From Nemertoderma westbladi (taxonomy: Eukaryota; Animalia; Xenacoelomorpha): a stretch of 52,258 nucleotides of DNA. Location: the NCBI GenBank assembly GCA_032718475.1, contig JAUCBJ010007065.1:1-52258 (forward strand), written 5' to 3'. The notes below the pieces were generated by a model that was given only the letters and a program-made list of their open reading frames with translations, ran no database searches and was not told the DNA's origin. Positions 1-10,636 of the stretch are shown here, piece after piece. Both the position numbers and the translations under genes were made by a program. Each line of letters opens with the position of its first letter. Positions within the stretch are counted from its first letter, which is position 1.

Positions 1-194
1 ACTAAATATAATATAAGTAATTACGTACGTAATAAACACGAATATATTGCACTATTCTACAAAATAATCGCTAAATAATATTCTACTAAATTAAATAAAA
101 CGATTATAATAAAATTACATAGTAATCCATACATAAATATAAAGATGATAAAATAATATAAAATAATAGAGTCACACGCCCACTCCATATGTTG

Positions 195-3100
195 TTACGT
201 TATGGAGTCCCTAGATGTTTGAAGGATTAGGGAGGTGGTCGTGGGAAGAGAATCTTGCCTTCCACAGTTTCCGGAGAGTCCTCCATTCCCTTCCGGTAAA
301 CACAAACGACCGACTGGGTGATTGAGTCGCTGCATCCTGAATACAATTTCAGGTTTCCTCTTCGTCCTGGAATAGTGACGATAGAAACATCGCTCAAAGT
401 ATATGACGGCGTCACAAAGCCGATTCCAGGAGCTATAGTGGTCCGTCGCTCTCTGCAGGAGAGGTGAGAGTCCCTGCGAGACGTCTGATGTTCTAGAGCT
501 CCAATCGCTCTCTCTGATCTTCATGAAGGATCCACTCGCGGTGGGGAGGTCCAGATCCACGGCGTCATCCCTGGCAATATGCAATACCGACAGATCTATC
601 CCGGGTTCAAATAACTCCGCTCCACCCGTCCGGGTTTTAGGTTTAACTTTCTCCGCTCCCTTGGCTGGTCTAATCTCAGTCGGAGTAAGATGGGGAGGCC
701 ATTCATTCTCCTTACTCAGGAAGTCGGGTTCACCTAACCGGTCTATAGTATCTGTCAGTTCTTGAGGAGTTGCTCCTCTGGAAGCGATGTCCGTTGGATT
801 AAACTTCTTGGGGCAATATCTCCATTGATCTACATTGGAGCTAAGATTGTCATTATCTGAGGAGTGTGGTGTTCCCTCAGTTGGGTCGTCTCCCTCACTA
901 GTATCGTCTTCCCATTCACTCACCTGGCAGACGCGATCTTGAAGCAGTCTTTCCCTGAGCGTTCTACGGGAAGGTCCAGTAAGGTACCAACCTACTCTAG
1001 TTCTTACCGCATAGGTCTGTAGGGGCTGCGGTTGAGCAGGCCGTTTCTCTAATGTCTCCAGCGCCTCATGCGCGTTTTGGCCGATGAGTATTTGCACTCC
1101 AGGGTAATCAGTCTGGAATCGAGGTATGTTAAGATGTTGGATGCTCTCATCCTCGTCCCAATTATAAAGGTCTGCTTGAGTAGTAGCGAAGTTCTTTATA
1201 GCCACCATTTTCACTGACCTTATGCTATGTTCTCCTAGTTCGTCTTGTGGGGTGGACAACGCACCTACATAATAATAAGCTGTTATTGTAGATTTCCAAA
1301 CTTGCATAATGCCTGACATGTTGAGCTTAGTTTGGAACTTGGGTTGTCCAGCAAATATATCTTCGGCTAGCTCTTTATCGATGAATGTTCCTGTGCTGCC
1401 GGAGTCCAGGAGGGCGTTCACTACATAACTCCGTTTAGGTCCGTGCACCCTTACCTGCACCACAGGAAACTCTCGGATTCCTATATTGGAAGTTGGCGCT
1501 TTCCAAGATGGTTGTTGATCGGAAGTAGTTAAGGTAAGGTCGCTGTCTGTGTCTTTCTCATGTACGAGTGCTCGATACACTGCGGTGGTGTTTATTAGGT
1601 AACAGGATTCGTTTTGGTCGGAGAACTCGTCCGTATAGAATCCTTCCATCTCAGATTGATCAGTGTCGTTCACATCACTGAATTGGACATGTAGTTCGGA
1701 CTCACTTACCTGACTCGGGCTGTTTCGTTCGAATTCCGTGTGCAACAAGATATGATGTTTCGCACCACACTTTGCACATCTTATGTCCGAGAAAAAGGTA
1801 CGCCGTTGGTGTCCTTGTCTGAGGCAATTATAACATAACCGCTTATCCCACATAACTTCGCGTCTCTCCGTTAATGATTTCTTTAGAAATTCATCACACC
1901 TATTCAAATAGTGGGTCCCGTCACACAGCGCACATTTTGGTTTGATGTTACTTACCTTATTCTGAGTCACATTGTGTACACTTGCCTTTTCTTCGGGCTT
2001 TCTCACCTGAATTCTCTTGGGAGACGTGGGAGGAGTTTTTCTTACTTGTTCTCTCCTGTCATTTGTTCGAGACTTGAATTTACTTACCTGATCTTTAGGC
2101 ATTTTATTCACGTAATAAGATCTATCCGTGTCCTTCCCGCTATCTTCTCCTTGTGAAGTCTGGCTTTCGCCGTCATCGGTATAACATACTGGTGTTATTT
2201 TTCTCCTAGAGACGGGTTTTTCACTTACCTTGTTTTCCGGTGTTTTCTCCCTAGACAGTTTCAGGAGCTGTAATTTCACTTCTCCATCTAGGAATGACAT
2301 GAGATCAGCCATGGTAGGGTCTCGCTGTTGTTGTTCCATCATATATAACACTTTCTTATCCCAGCGTGTACCTACTCCACCTTTAGGTAAAGTAGAAGCC
2401 ACTGCTCTAATAACCATAGTGTTCTGATACTCATGAGACTTACCTAGCCAATCTAATTGTCTGCAGATCTCCTGGATCTCATCGGAAAACTCGATAATTC
2501 CGCTACTAATAAACTTTCGGGGCGCTACTAACTTTGCATACAAGTACCCAGCGATATTATTCCTATTACCATACCTGATGTTTAGTGTATCCCAAACTTG
2601 TCTTAATCCGTCTGGATGTCCAATAAACTTTAACGCCATTAACTTGGGAGATCCTTCCAAGCACTCGATGAGGTATCTAAGTTTTTCTCCATTAGATAGT
2701 ACAGAGTTCTGTATATTATCTTTGTAATATTCATTAAAAGGTAACCATTTCATCTCATCTCCATTGAACTTAACGATCTCTCCCACCTTTACCGCTTGCC
2801 GGGCTTCGGTTCTAGCCATTTGACGCGTAAAACTTTCTTGGGCCATCGTGCTATTTAATATCGAGTTATCGGTATATAAATTTCTAGGATTATGGTCAGT
2901 TCTATATGGAATATCATTATCAACAGGTCTATAATTACCCTTAATAGGGTTCACTATAGGAGTTTCTACTTCGCTAGCAGTATAAATGCGTGTAGGCTCC
3001 ACACCTTGCGCATGAGATACTTCAGACCTAACGGGTTGACACATTGTTACAGAGGGTGGTGGTATACCCTTTTGAGTATTTACTAATTTATCGCGCTCTA

Positions 3101-5216
3101 GCGCGATACTTTGCTGCACTTCTTGCAACTCTAGTCTACTTTCCCTTACTGTGCCCTTGAATTGCTGGACAGTTTCCTGCAACTGCCCGAGCAGGAGATC
3201 CATCCCCCGCCGTCTCTCGTCCACCCATTCGACCGCCGAAGCGGGAGTCGCCAACGTTGTAGCGGGCGGACGAGGGACAACGGGCGACAAATCCGGAATA
3301 TTTCGCTCGGGGTCCAGGACCTTAACTGTCGCCTGGGCAGTTCTACTGGGCACAGGTAGCTTAGTGCTATGTAGAAGGAATTTAGAAGTAGCTTCAGGGA
3401 GCACAGGTGTGTCTATCACCGAAGGGGTGATTTCAAGAACAGGCCTAATTATTTCAGGCTCATCTACTATAGTAGGGAGTCTTTCTATTGTAATTATTTG
3501 GTCTGTGGGCTCTGTACTACTTAAGTTGGTGTTATTTAGTTGCCTTCTAACAGCTGGAGGCAAATCAGGCAATTTCTGACGGTGGAATGTTCTTTTACGT
3601 CTGCTTAGGCGAGGTCGATTTCCTCCGCCTTCAGTGTCGGTGGTATCGCCTTCCTCAGATGATGTATACCCCTGTCTCTTGGGAGTAGATCGACTCATCA
3701 TCTGCATATTGCTCGCTGTTAAATGTTTATTGAAGTTGTCTTGCTTCTCTTGAAGAATTTCCAACTCTAGTTGGGTTGCCTCTTCAGATGCCCTCCGTTC
3801 TGCTTCTACCACTGCCTCTGCTGTTGCCAGTGCCGCCTTTCTTTCTGCTTCGGCCGCTGCCTTTGCTGCTGCTACTGCCGCTTTTGCCTCTGCCGCTGCC
3901 ACTGCCGCTGCCGCTTTTGTTTCTGCTTCTGCAGCTGCCTTTGCTGCTGCTACTGCCGCTTTTGCCTCTGCCGCTGCCACTGCCGCTGCCGCTTTTGTTT
4001 CTGCTTCTGCAGCTGCCTTTGCTGCTGCTACTACCGCTGCCTTTCTGTCTTCTATACGTTTTTTCTTTACTTGTTCTTCCTGGACCTTAACGACGCGGAG
4101 TTGTTCATCGAATTTAGCTTGATTAGCCGCTAACCTATCCACGTCGATGGCGTCAAGCACACGCTGTGCTCCTTCACTATTAGGGCTAAGTCCCTCTAGT
4201 CTTCTCCGCAACTCTTCATCACCTACAAAACGTTGATAGTCTGACAGATAGATGTCAATGGCATCCCTCTTATGCGGTTTCTCTGCCGTCGCTTCACTTT
4301 CCACTTGGGAAAAAGTAGCGTCTGTTGATTCTCCATGGGTTGATCGCTCCTCTAGCTGAGCTTTCCACTGAGCAGTTCCTTGAACCTGGAGATTCACCCT
4401 TTGAAACCAAGTCTTGACGGCGACTTGCAACGACGTGTCTTGTCTTCGTTTAGAAGCCTCCTCAAAGGCCGATAATATTAGCCTGATCCGCAGAACTCTT
4501 TCTCTAACTTGATAAAGCAGCGATCCCTGCTCTTGAGGTCCTTGAGGTTGTTGAAAAAGTTGCTTTTCTATTCGCTCCATAGAGCTGAAGAATCCCTGTG
4601 CGTATCCGGCTGCGGACCTCTTCCACACAGCTGGATCGATGGTTTCCTTGGCTACTCCCATCCGGTGTATGTCTTCCCAGGCAGCTTCTGATAAATCAAA
4701 CGGGAGTCCGGGTCCGGGGAAGTTCCATTGCGACTCGACAATAGACTTCAGTTCTTCACTCGTGTATCCCGCGTAACTATCTCTAGTTGACCGTTGACTT
4801 CTCGCCCAATCGATCTGGTGTTCTTCCACCGCGATCAATAACCCAGCGAGCACGGCTGCAGGAAGGATGAGAAGGGGATCCGTATAAACCGCATCCGTCA
4901 TCTCTGCTCCGCTCTCGGGTGTCAGCTCTACAGTATCCTCACTACTGGAGCTGCTGGGCCGCTGAGGAATAAGTTCTTGACTAGCGGGTTGTTGCTGTTC
5001 CGCTGCTTCTTGGTCCCGCTTGACCTGAGCTCGGGTGCCTATGATAGACCTACGATGTTGGACCAGCCTAGGTTCTTTTATTACTACTGGAGGGATGACT
5101 TTCCTCACAGTGGGGGGTGAACTGGACTTACGACCAGACGGTTCTACGTCTCTATCTGAGTCGCAGATAGTTACATCTAATAAACTGTCTGACAGGTTCT
5201 GCTTAGTATCAGACAT
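195..5216 (-). CDS. BEL/Pao Gag-aspartic protease polyprotein lacking RT and integrase (1673 aa)
   Basis: Capsid-like region (KFNGDEMKWLPF..LSNGEKLRYLIECLEG) and triple zinc knuckle CALCDGTHYLNRC / CYNCLRQGHQRRTF / CAKCGAKHHILLH. Protease ALLDSGSTGTFI..ILIG..RTRVGWYLTGP is followed directly by the RNase H tail remnant WRYCPKKFNPTDIASRG and HYSSWNRL. No YVDD or integrase motifs. Confidence 0.92.
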   Translation of the reverse strand: MSDTKQNLSDSLLDVTICDSDRDVEPSGRKSSSPPTVRKVIPPVVIKEPRLVQHRRSIIGTRAQVKRDQEAAEQQQPASQELIPQRPSSSSSEDTVELTPESGAEMTDAVYTDPLLILPAAVLAGLLIAVEEHQIDWARSQRSTRDSYAGYTSEELKSIVESQWNFPGPGLPFDLSEAAWEDIHRMGVAKETIDPAVWKRSAAGYAQGFFSSMERIEKQLFQQPQGPQEQGSLLYQVRERVLRIRLILSAFEEASKRRQDTSLQVAVKTWFQRVNLQVQGTAQWKAQLEERSTHGESTDATFSQVESEATAEKPHKRDAIDIYLSDYQRFVGDEELRRRLEGLSPNSEGAQRVLDAIDVDRLAANQAKFDEQLRVVKVQEEQVKKKRIEDRKAAVVAAAKAAAEAETKAAAAVAAAEAKAAVAAAKAAAEAETKAAAAVAAAEAKAAVAAAKAAAEAERKAALATAEAVVEAERRASEEATQLELEILQEKQDNFNKHLTASNMQMMSRSTPKRQGYTSSEEGDTTDTEGGGNRPRLSRRKRTFHRQKLPDLPPAVRRQLNNTNLSSTEPTDQIITIERLPTIVDEPEIIRPVLEITPSVIDTPVLPEATSKFLLHSTKLPVPSRTAQATVKVLDPERNIPDLSPVVPRPPATTLATPASAVEWVDERRRGMDLLLGQLQETVQQFKGTVRESRLELQEVQQSIALERDKLVNTQKGIPPPSVTMCQPVRSEVSHAQGVEPTRIYTASEVETPIVNPIKGNYRPVDNDIPYRTDHNPRNLYTDNSILNSTMAQESFTRQMARTEARQAVKVGEIVKFNGDEMKWLPFNEYYKDNIQNSVLSNGEKLRYLIECLEGSPKLMALKFIGHPDGLRQVWDTLNIRYGNRNNIAGYLYAKLVAPRKFISSGIIEFSDEIQEICRQLDWLGKSHEYQNTMVIRAVASTLPKGGVGTRWDKKVLYMMEQQQRDPTMADLMSFLDGEVKLQLLKLSREKTPENKVSEKPVSRRKITPVCYTDDGESQTSQGEDSGKDTDRSYYVNKMPKDQVSKFKSRTNDRREQVRKTPPTSPKRIQVRKPEEKASVHNVTQNKVSNIKPKCALCDGTHYLNRCDEFLKKSLTERREVMWDKRLCYNCLRQGHQRRTFFSDIRCAKCGAKHHILLHTEFERNSPSQVSESELHVQFSDVNDTDQSEMEGFYTDEFSDQNESCYLINTTAVYRALVHEKDTDSDLTLTTSDQQPSWKAPTSNIGIREFPVVQVRVHGPKRSYVVNALLDSGSTGTFIDKELAEDIFAGQPKFQTKLNMSGIMQVWKSTITAYYYVGALSTPQDELGEHSIRSVKMVAIKNFATTQADLYNWDEDESIQHLNIPRFQTDYPGVQILIGQNAHEALETLEKRPAQPQPLQTYAVRTRVGWYLTGPSRRTLRERLLQDRVCQVSEWEDDTSEGDDPTEGTPHSSDNDNLSSNVDQWRYCPKKFNPTDIASRGATPQELTDTIDRLGEPDFLSKENEWPPHLTPTEIRPAKGAEKVKPKTRTGGAELFEPGIDLSVLHIARDDAVDLDLPTASGSFMKIRESDWSSRTSDVSQGLSPLLQRATDHYSSWNRLCDAVIYFERCFYRHYSRTKRKPEIVFRMQRLNHPVGRLCLPEGNGGLSGNCGRQDSLPTTTSLILQTSRDSIT
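3856..4040 (-). repeat. 78-bp tandem repeat encoding an Ala/Glu/Lys-rich helix in A1 Gag
   Basis: Unit AAVAAAKAAAEAETKAAAAVAAAEAK occurs ~2.4 times; the segment is shorter in A2 and A3. Confidence 0.85.
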
Positions 5217-6544
5217 GACTATGTATACCGTTGAATGTCTACTGCTGTATTACAGTCTGAGCAAGTCTAGTAACTCAGTATTAACTGCTAGCCTAGTAAT
5301 TAATTACCGGTACTGCTACTCAGTGTAGCGTGATATATATAATATATTAGAATACCGGTATGCTTTGCTTATAGTATATATAACTATTATTACAGACTAG
5401 GTTTATCACAGAATACCGGTATAATTTTAGCACAAATATATATAAATATATAATAGGCCTATCGGAATACCGGTATACAGCTTACAGTTTGTAGTATATA
5501 TAATTCTGGACTAGAATTAATTACAAGTACCGGTATAATTTCAGCCTAAATTTATAGAAATAAAGATAATAGGCCTATCGTAAATACCGGTATATCAATT
5601 ATTTTAAATAATTGAATTTCTGAATTTTAGGGTTACTTGGTTACTTTACTTACTTTATTACCGTTGTTTGAGCAGTAATCCAACTGATATTGAGACCTAA
5701 TGGTTGTATGGTAGGCCTACGATTTATAAATCGTTAGATTTGATTTATAATATATATATACCCGTTTTAATGGGTTTTTTCAATGTTTGAAATAAATGTT
5801 ATTATTTCTGGGGTAATCACTACACAAAGCGGTGCGCTTTTAGTGAAGTGTTACGTATAGGACACTAAAACAAATAATACTAATTTACCTAAGTTACTTA
5901 ATACTACAAATTACGTACAATTCGGGTGAGATTACAATCTCTAAATAAACACAAAAATTTACAAAAACACAAATACGAATTTTTAGGGTAATTTTACAAG
6001 AAGTCTACAAACCAGCCTAACAAAGGGTTAGATAACCGGTTATTACAACGGACAGGGTACTACGGTATTTGAAATAATAAGTAGTAGTAAATACACTGCG
6101 TTGTCTAGATAGGAAAATACCACCGCCTGACGACCTATAGCCGTATCGCTATAGGTTCTACGTTATGTATCACGGAGTGTTCCTACCTAGAAGTTAATAG
6201 AGCTAATCGAATGTGCCTATCAACCACTTTACAACACAGATATAATGTCTACAATAATTACTTCGGAAAGTACTGTACACTAAACCCTAAATTAGGTACG
6301 AGTACTTATATAACAGATAATCAGTAGTTAAATATACTTGAACAGCTAAAAGAACCACGGCATCTGCTGGAGTGACCGATGCACAAAATCACCAGTCTTT
6401 ACCTACGCCGAGCAGCCCGTGTAGTACCGGAGTTAATTTAACTATAGCGGTATGTATAACAAACACAATTACTGTAGGAACAAACTTGGGGAATGAATGT
6501 TGCGGATAATCGCATAAACTCTGAATAATAAATATTACGCTACG

Positions 6545-7105
6545 CGTACAAACTACTCAAACAAAATACAGACCGAACACTGACAGACTACTATCAAGCC
6601 TAAACAAACTACGGTATATGCAGACTCCGAAATGATTAGGGAGTATGCGCTCTAACCCAGTAGTGCGACTTATTCTTTAGTTGGGGGTTTACCTTACAGC
6701 GTTCACTGCCCCTACTGCCTAACCGTACTTAATCGGACAGATGATCTACACACGCGGCAATCCGTTCAGACCTAATAACAGCCAGACAACTATCCAGCCT
6801 ACGAATTATCTAAATAAAATTATACGCTACCCGTACAGACTTACACAAACAAAGTACAGACCAAACGATGGCAGACTACTCTCAAGCCTAAATAAACTAC
6901 AGGACATGCAGACTCCGAAATGATTAGGGAGTATGCGCTCTAACCCAGTAGTGCGACTTATTCTTTAGTTGGGGGTTTACCTTACAGCGTTCGCTGCCCC
7001 TACTTCCTAATCGTACTTAATCGGACAGTTGATCTACACACACTGCAATCCGTTCGGACTTAACAGCAATCAGACAACAGCTCAGCCTACAAATTGTCTG
7101 TACAA
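6545..7105 (-). repeat. ~288-bp tandem duplication in the family A leader (also ~11975-12530 in A2 and ~14870-15430 in A3)
   Basis: GACTCCGAAATGATTAGG at 6623 and 6911, with near-identical sequence following each. Confidence 0.9.
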
Positions 7106-7367
7106 TCTGATCAGGCTTACACGCCTTCTGTTCAATACTGGCCTACAAACAAATAAAACTTGACAGAAATAAGTAAAATCTCAATAAAAAACCAGGGCGG
7201 GCCCTCCCTGATTAATTATTAAGGCCTACCGGTATATAATTATCAAAATCGAATAATACTGCTGTACCTGTACTGCTGTAGGTACCGGTCCGGGTGGTTA
7301 GGTAGTCAGGCCTACTGGGTACCGGTTGCCGGTACTTCAGCTTTATTGCCTACTGCAATACAGAAGC

Positions 7368-7379
7368 TATATCCTTTAA
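7368..7379 (-). promoter_or_regulatory. Non-tRNA primer-binding-site position of A1 (TTAAAGGATATA)
   Basis: Immediately follows the LTR end ..GCGCGAACA on the minus strand; perfect reverse complement of LTR site 8121-8132; no TGG. Confidence 0.75.
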
Positions 7380-8597
7380 TGTTCGCGCTTTCAGACCTTT
7401 GGCAGTTTAACCCGCCAAATTAAGATGTCTTCTAGATATTAAATCGCCTTTTAGCCTATGACAAGTATTTGATTAACTACACTAGTCGAAACCAATCTGT
7501 GCGCGACCATTCACCCGCTGGATATTCCCGGGAGATTGGGTTCGACGGTTTAATTTTATTGCTATGTAAGCTTAATGTATTATTCGACTGACAGTACTAT
7601 ATAATCTCTGACAATATTATTCACCTTCGGTAATATTAACAGTTCCTTTAGGATGTGGCGCTTTATCTATATAAACAGAGTTATGACTTAAACTACTCAC
7701 AACGATATGGCTTAATTATAATTCACATATATGGCGCATTCTTTAGGAATTGCTTCTTTAACAGACTCACTCATACACAATGCTGCACAATACTGCACAC
7801 TAATCTGCCAATCTTCACGGATTTTAGTCACATATAAAAGGAACACAGACTGACTCATGTAGGGTCTATCAAATAACATTAGATTCACTTCAAACCACTT
7901 TAACATAAGTCACAATCGTTTATCTGTAACCCTTCTCTCTTACCTTCGGTATATCAAGAATATTGGGTTTCGGGGTTATTTATCGTTATTCCAAATATAA
8001 TTATTCATCCACCATATTATGAAGAACTGACGGTAAATAGCAGTATAAAACAACAATGAAAACACTGATTGTTATGAGTTTGCAATGTTTCAGCAGTCAG
8101 CATGTATGATCAGTCAGCAGTTAAAGGATATATGTCCTTGTAATTAAACCTACTAGTGTAAGACTAAAAACAGTAAAGCACAAAATACTTCCAAGCCGTT
8201 CTTTCTTTGGCTCAGGACTGAATGTAAACACTGCACATAGGCATTGCGTCATTTCTCGGAAATTTTCTGTACAAGGAGCCACAAAAACGCTCTAATTGGC
8301 TGACTGAACTGAGAGACGCCGTAGAACAAAGGAAATCAACACGTATGAATGTCAGCTGTTAACCGTAGTCATAGTAACTACTGTTCAAGAGTAGCTATCA
8401 CCCCTTTGCGTCACGAATTGCCATAGAATCATAAAATATGCCTTTCACAGTACACATACGGAGGAAATAGGTCTTAGATCCTCTAAAAACACCGATACAG
8501 CAATAATACGGTCTCTTACACTTATTAAATCAACTACAGAGTATTTTAATGTAAAAGATAATAAAAATAACGGGGCAATTCAGCAAAGTCTTTTACA
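7380..8597 (-). repeat. 5' LTR of A1 (1218 bp, TGTAAAAG...GCGCGAACA)
   Basis: TG..CA termini; homologous along its length to the A2 and A3 LTRs; carries the uninterrupted CATTAGATTCACTTCA site that is split in A2. Confidence 0.92.
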
Positions 8598-10636
8598 CAG
8601 GTTGACACATTGTTACCGAGGGTGGTGGTATACCTCTTTGTGTATTTACTAATTTATCGCGTTCTAGCGCGATACTTTGCTGCACTTCTTGCAACTCAAG
8701 CCTACTTTCCCTTACTGTGCCCTTGAATTGCTGAACCGTCTCCTGCATCTGCCCGAGCAGGAGATCCATCCCCCGCCGTCTCTCGTCCACCCATTCGACC
8801 GCCGAAGCGGGAGTCGCCAACGTTGTAGCGGGCGGACGAGGGACAACGGGCGACAAATCAGGAATATTTCGCTCGGGGTCCAGGACCTGAACTGTCTCCT
8901 GGGCAGTTCTACTGGGCACAGGTAGCTTAGTGCTATGCAGAGGGAATTTAGAGGTAGCTTCAGGGAGCACAGGTGTGTCTATCACCGAAGGGGTGATTTC
9001 AAAAACAGGCCTAATTATTTCAGGCTCATCTACTATAGTAGGGAGTCTTTCTATTTTAATTATTTGGTCTGTGGGCTCTGTACTACCTAAGTTGGTGTTA
9101 TTTAGTTGCCTTCTAACAGCTGGAGGCAAATCAGGCAATTTCTGACGGTGGAATGTTCTTTTACGTCTGCTTAGACGAGATCTATTTCCTTTGCCTTCAG
9201 TATCGGTAGTATCGCCTTCCTCAGATGATGTATATCCCTGTCTTTTGGGAGTAGATCGATTCATCATCTGCATATTGCTAGCTGTTAACTGTTTATTTAT
9301 GCAGTCTTGATTCTCCTGAATGTTTTCCAATTCTAACTGGGTGATTTCTTCAGTCGCTCTCCGTTCTGCTTCTGCCACTGCCTCTGCCGCCTTTCTTTCA
9401 GCCGCTGCTTCTGCCGCTGCCGCTTTTCTTTCTGCTTCTGCAGCTACCACTGCTGCTTTCTTTCTGTCTTCTATACGTTTTTTCTTTACTTGTTCTTCTT
9501 GGACTCTTGTCAGGCGGAGTTGTTCATCAAATTTAGCCTGATTCGCAGCCCTCATTTCCACATCGATGGCATCCAACACAAGCTGAGTTCCTTCGCTATT
9601 AGGGCTAAGTCCATCTAACCTTCTCCTCAACTCGTCATCACCTAAAAAAACGTTGATAGTCTGACAGATAGATGTCAATGGCATCCCTCTTATGCGGCTT
9701 CTCTGCCGTCGCCTCACTTTCCACTTGGGAAAAAGTAGCGTCTGTTGATTCTCCATGGGTTGAGCGCTCCTCCAGCTGAGCTTTCCACTGAGCTGTTCCT
9801 TGAACTTGGCGACTCACCCGTTGAAACCAAGTCTTTACGGCAACTTGCAACGACGTGTCTTGTCTTCTTTTAGAAGCCTCCTCAAAGGCTGATAAGATTA
9901 GCCTGATTCGTAGAATTCTTTCTCTAACTTGATAAAGCAGCTGTCCCTGCTCTTGAGGTCCTTGAGGTTGTTGTAACAGTTGTTTTTCTACTCGCTCCAT
10001 AGAGCTGAAGAATCCCTGTGCGTATCCGGCTGCGGACCTCTTCCACACAGCTGGATCGATGGTTTCCTTGGCTACTCCCATCCGGTGTATGTCTTCCCAG
10101 GCAGCTTCTGATAAATCAAACGGGAGTCCGGGTCCGGGGAAGTTCCATTGCGACTCGACCATGGACTTCAGTTCTTCCCTTGTGTATCCAGCATAACTAT
10201 CTCTAGTTGAACGCTGGCTTCTCGCCCAATCGATCTGGTGTTCTTCCACAGCGATCAATAACCTAGTGAGTACGGCTGCAGGAAGGATGAGAAGGGGATC
10301 TGAATAAGCCTCATCCGTCATCCTTGCTCCGCGTTCGGGTGTCAGTTCTACCGTATCTTCACTACTGGAGCTGTCGGGCCGCTGAGAAATAAGTTCTTGG
10401 CTCGCGGGTTGTTGCTGTTCCGCTGCTTCTTGGTTCTGCTTGACCTGAGCTCGAGTGCCTATGATAGACCTACGATGTTGGACCAGCCTAGGTTCTTTTA
10501 TTACTACTGGAGGGATGACCTTCCTCACAGTGGGAGGTGAACTGAACTTACGACCAGACGGTTCTACACCTCTATCTGAGTCGCAGATAGTTACATCTAA
10601 TAAACTGTCTGACAAGTTCTGCTTAGTATCAGACAT
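8598..10636 (-). pseudogene. A2 gag N-terminal half, frameshifted and cut by the A1 insertion
   Basis: ORFs 9638-10636 and 8593-9756 are consecutive pieces of the A1 protein. One extra base at CCTAAAAAAACG (~9644-9650) versus CCTACAAAACG in A1. Ends at ..VTMCQP where the A1 LTR begins. Confidence 0.9.

Larger units (their letters stand above)
1..8597 (-). mobile_element. BEL/Pao-type non-autonomous LTR retrotransposon, family A copy A1 (3' part runs off the left edge)
   Basis: 5' LTR 7380-8597, ~2.2 kb leader and 1673-aa gag-protease ORF. Collinear with A3; bases 1-195 match the reverse complement of ~20662-20860. Its LTR terminus abuts A2 gag sequence at 8597/8598. Confidence 0.92.

Noticed and set aside
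3771-4133. Cys-rich and Leu/Pro-rich ORFs on + (also 16880-17086, 47472-48188, 47584-47847)
   Set aside because: Antisense shadows of Gag repeat regions.
195-5216. Domesticated host gag-like gene
   Set aside because: Multi-copy, LTR-associated, and the sister copy A3 has a TSD; it behaves as a mobile element.
7655-7906. Short ORFs inside LTRs and leaders (6741, 7655, 7712, 12170, 13169, 13639, 14036, 23871, 24514, 25255)
   Set aside because: 60-86 aa, often non-ATG starts, no motifs; they recur only because the DNA is repeated.
8593-8597. Natural stop codon of A2 gag
   Set aside because: The TAA comes from the TGTAA start of the inserted A1 LTR.
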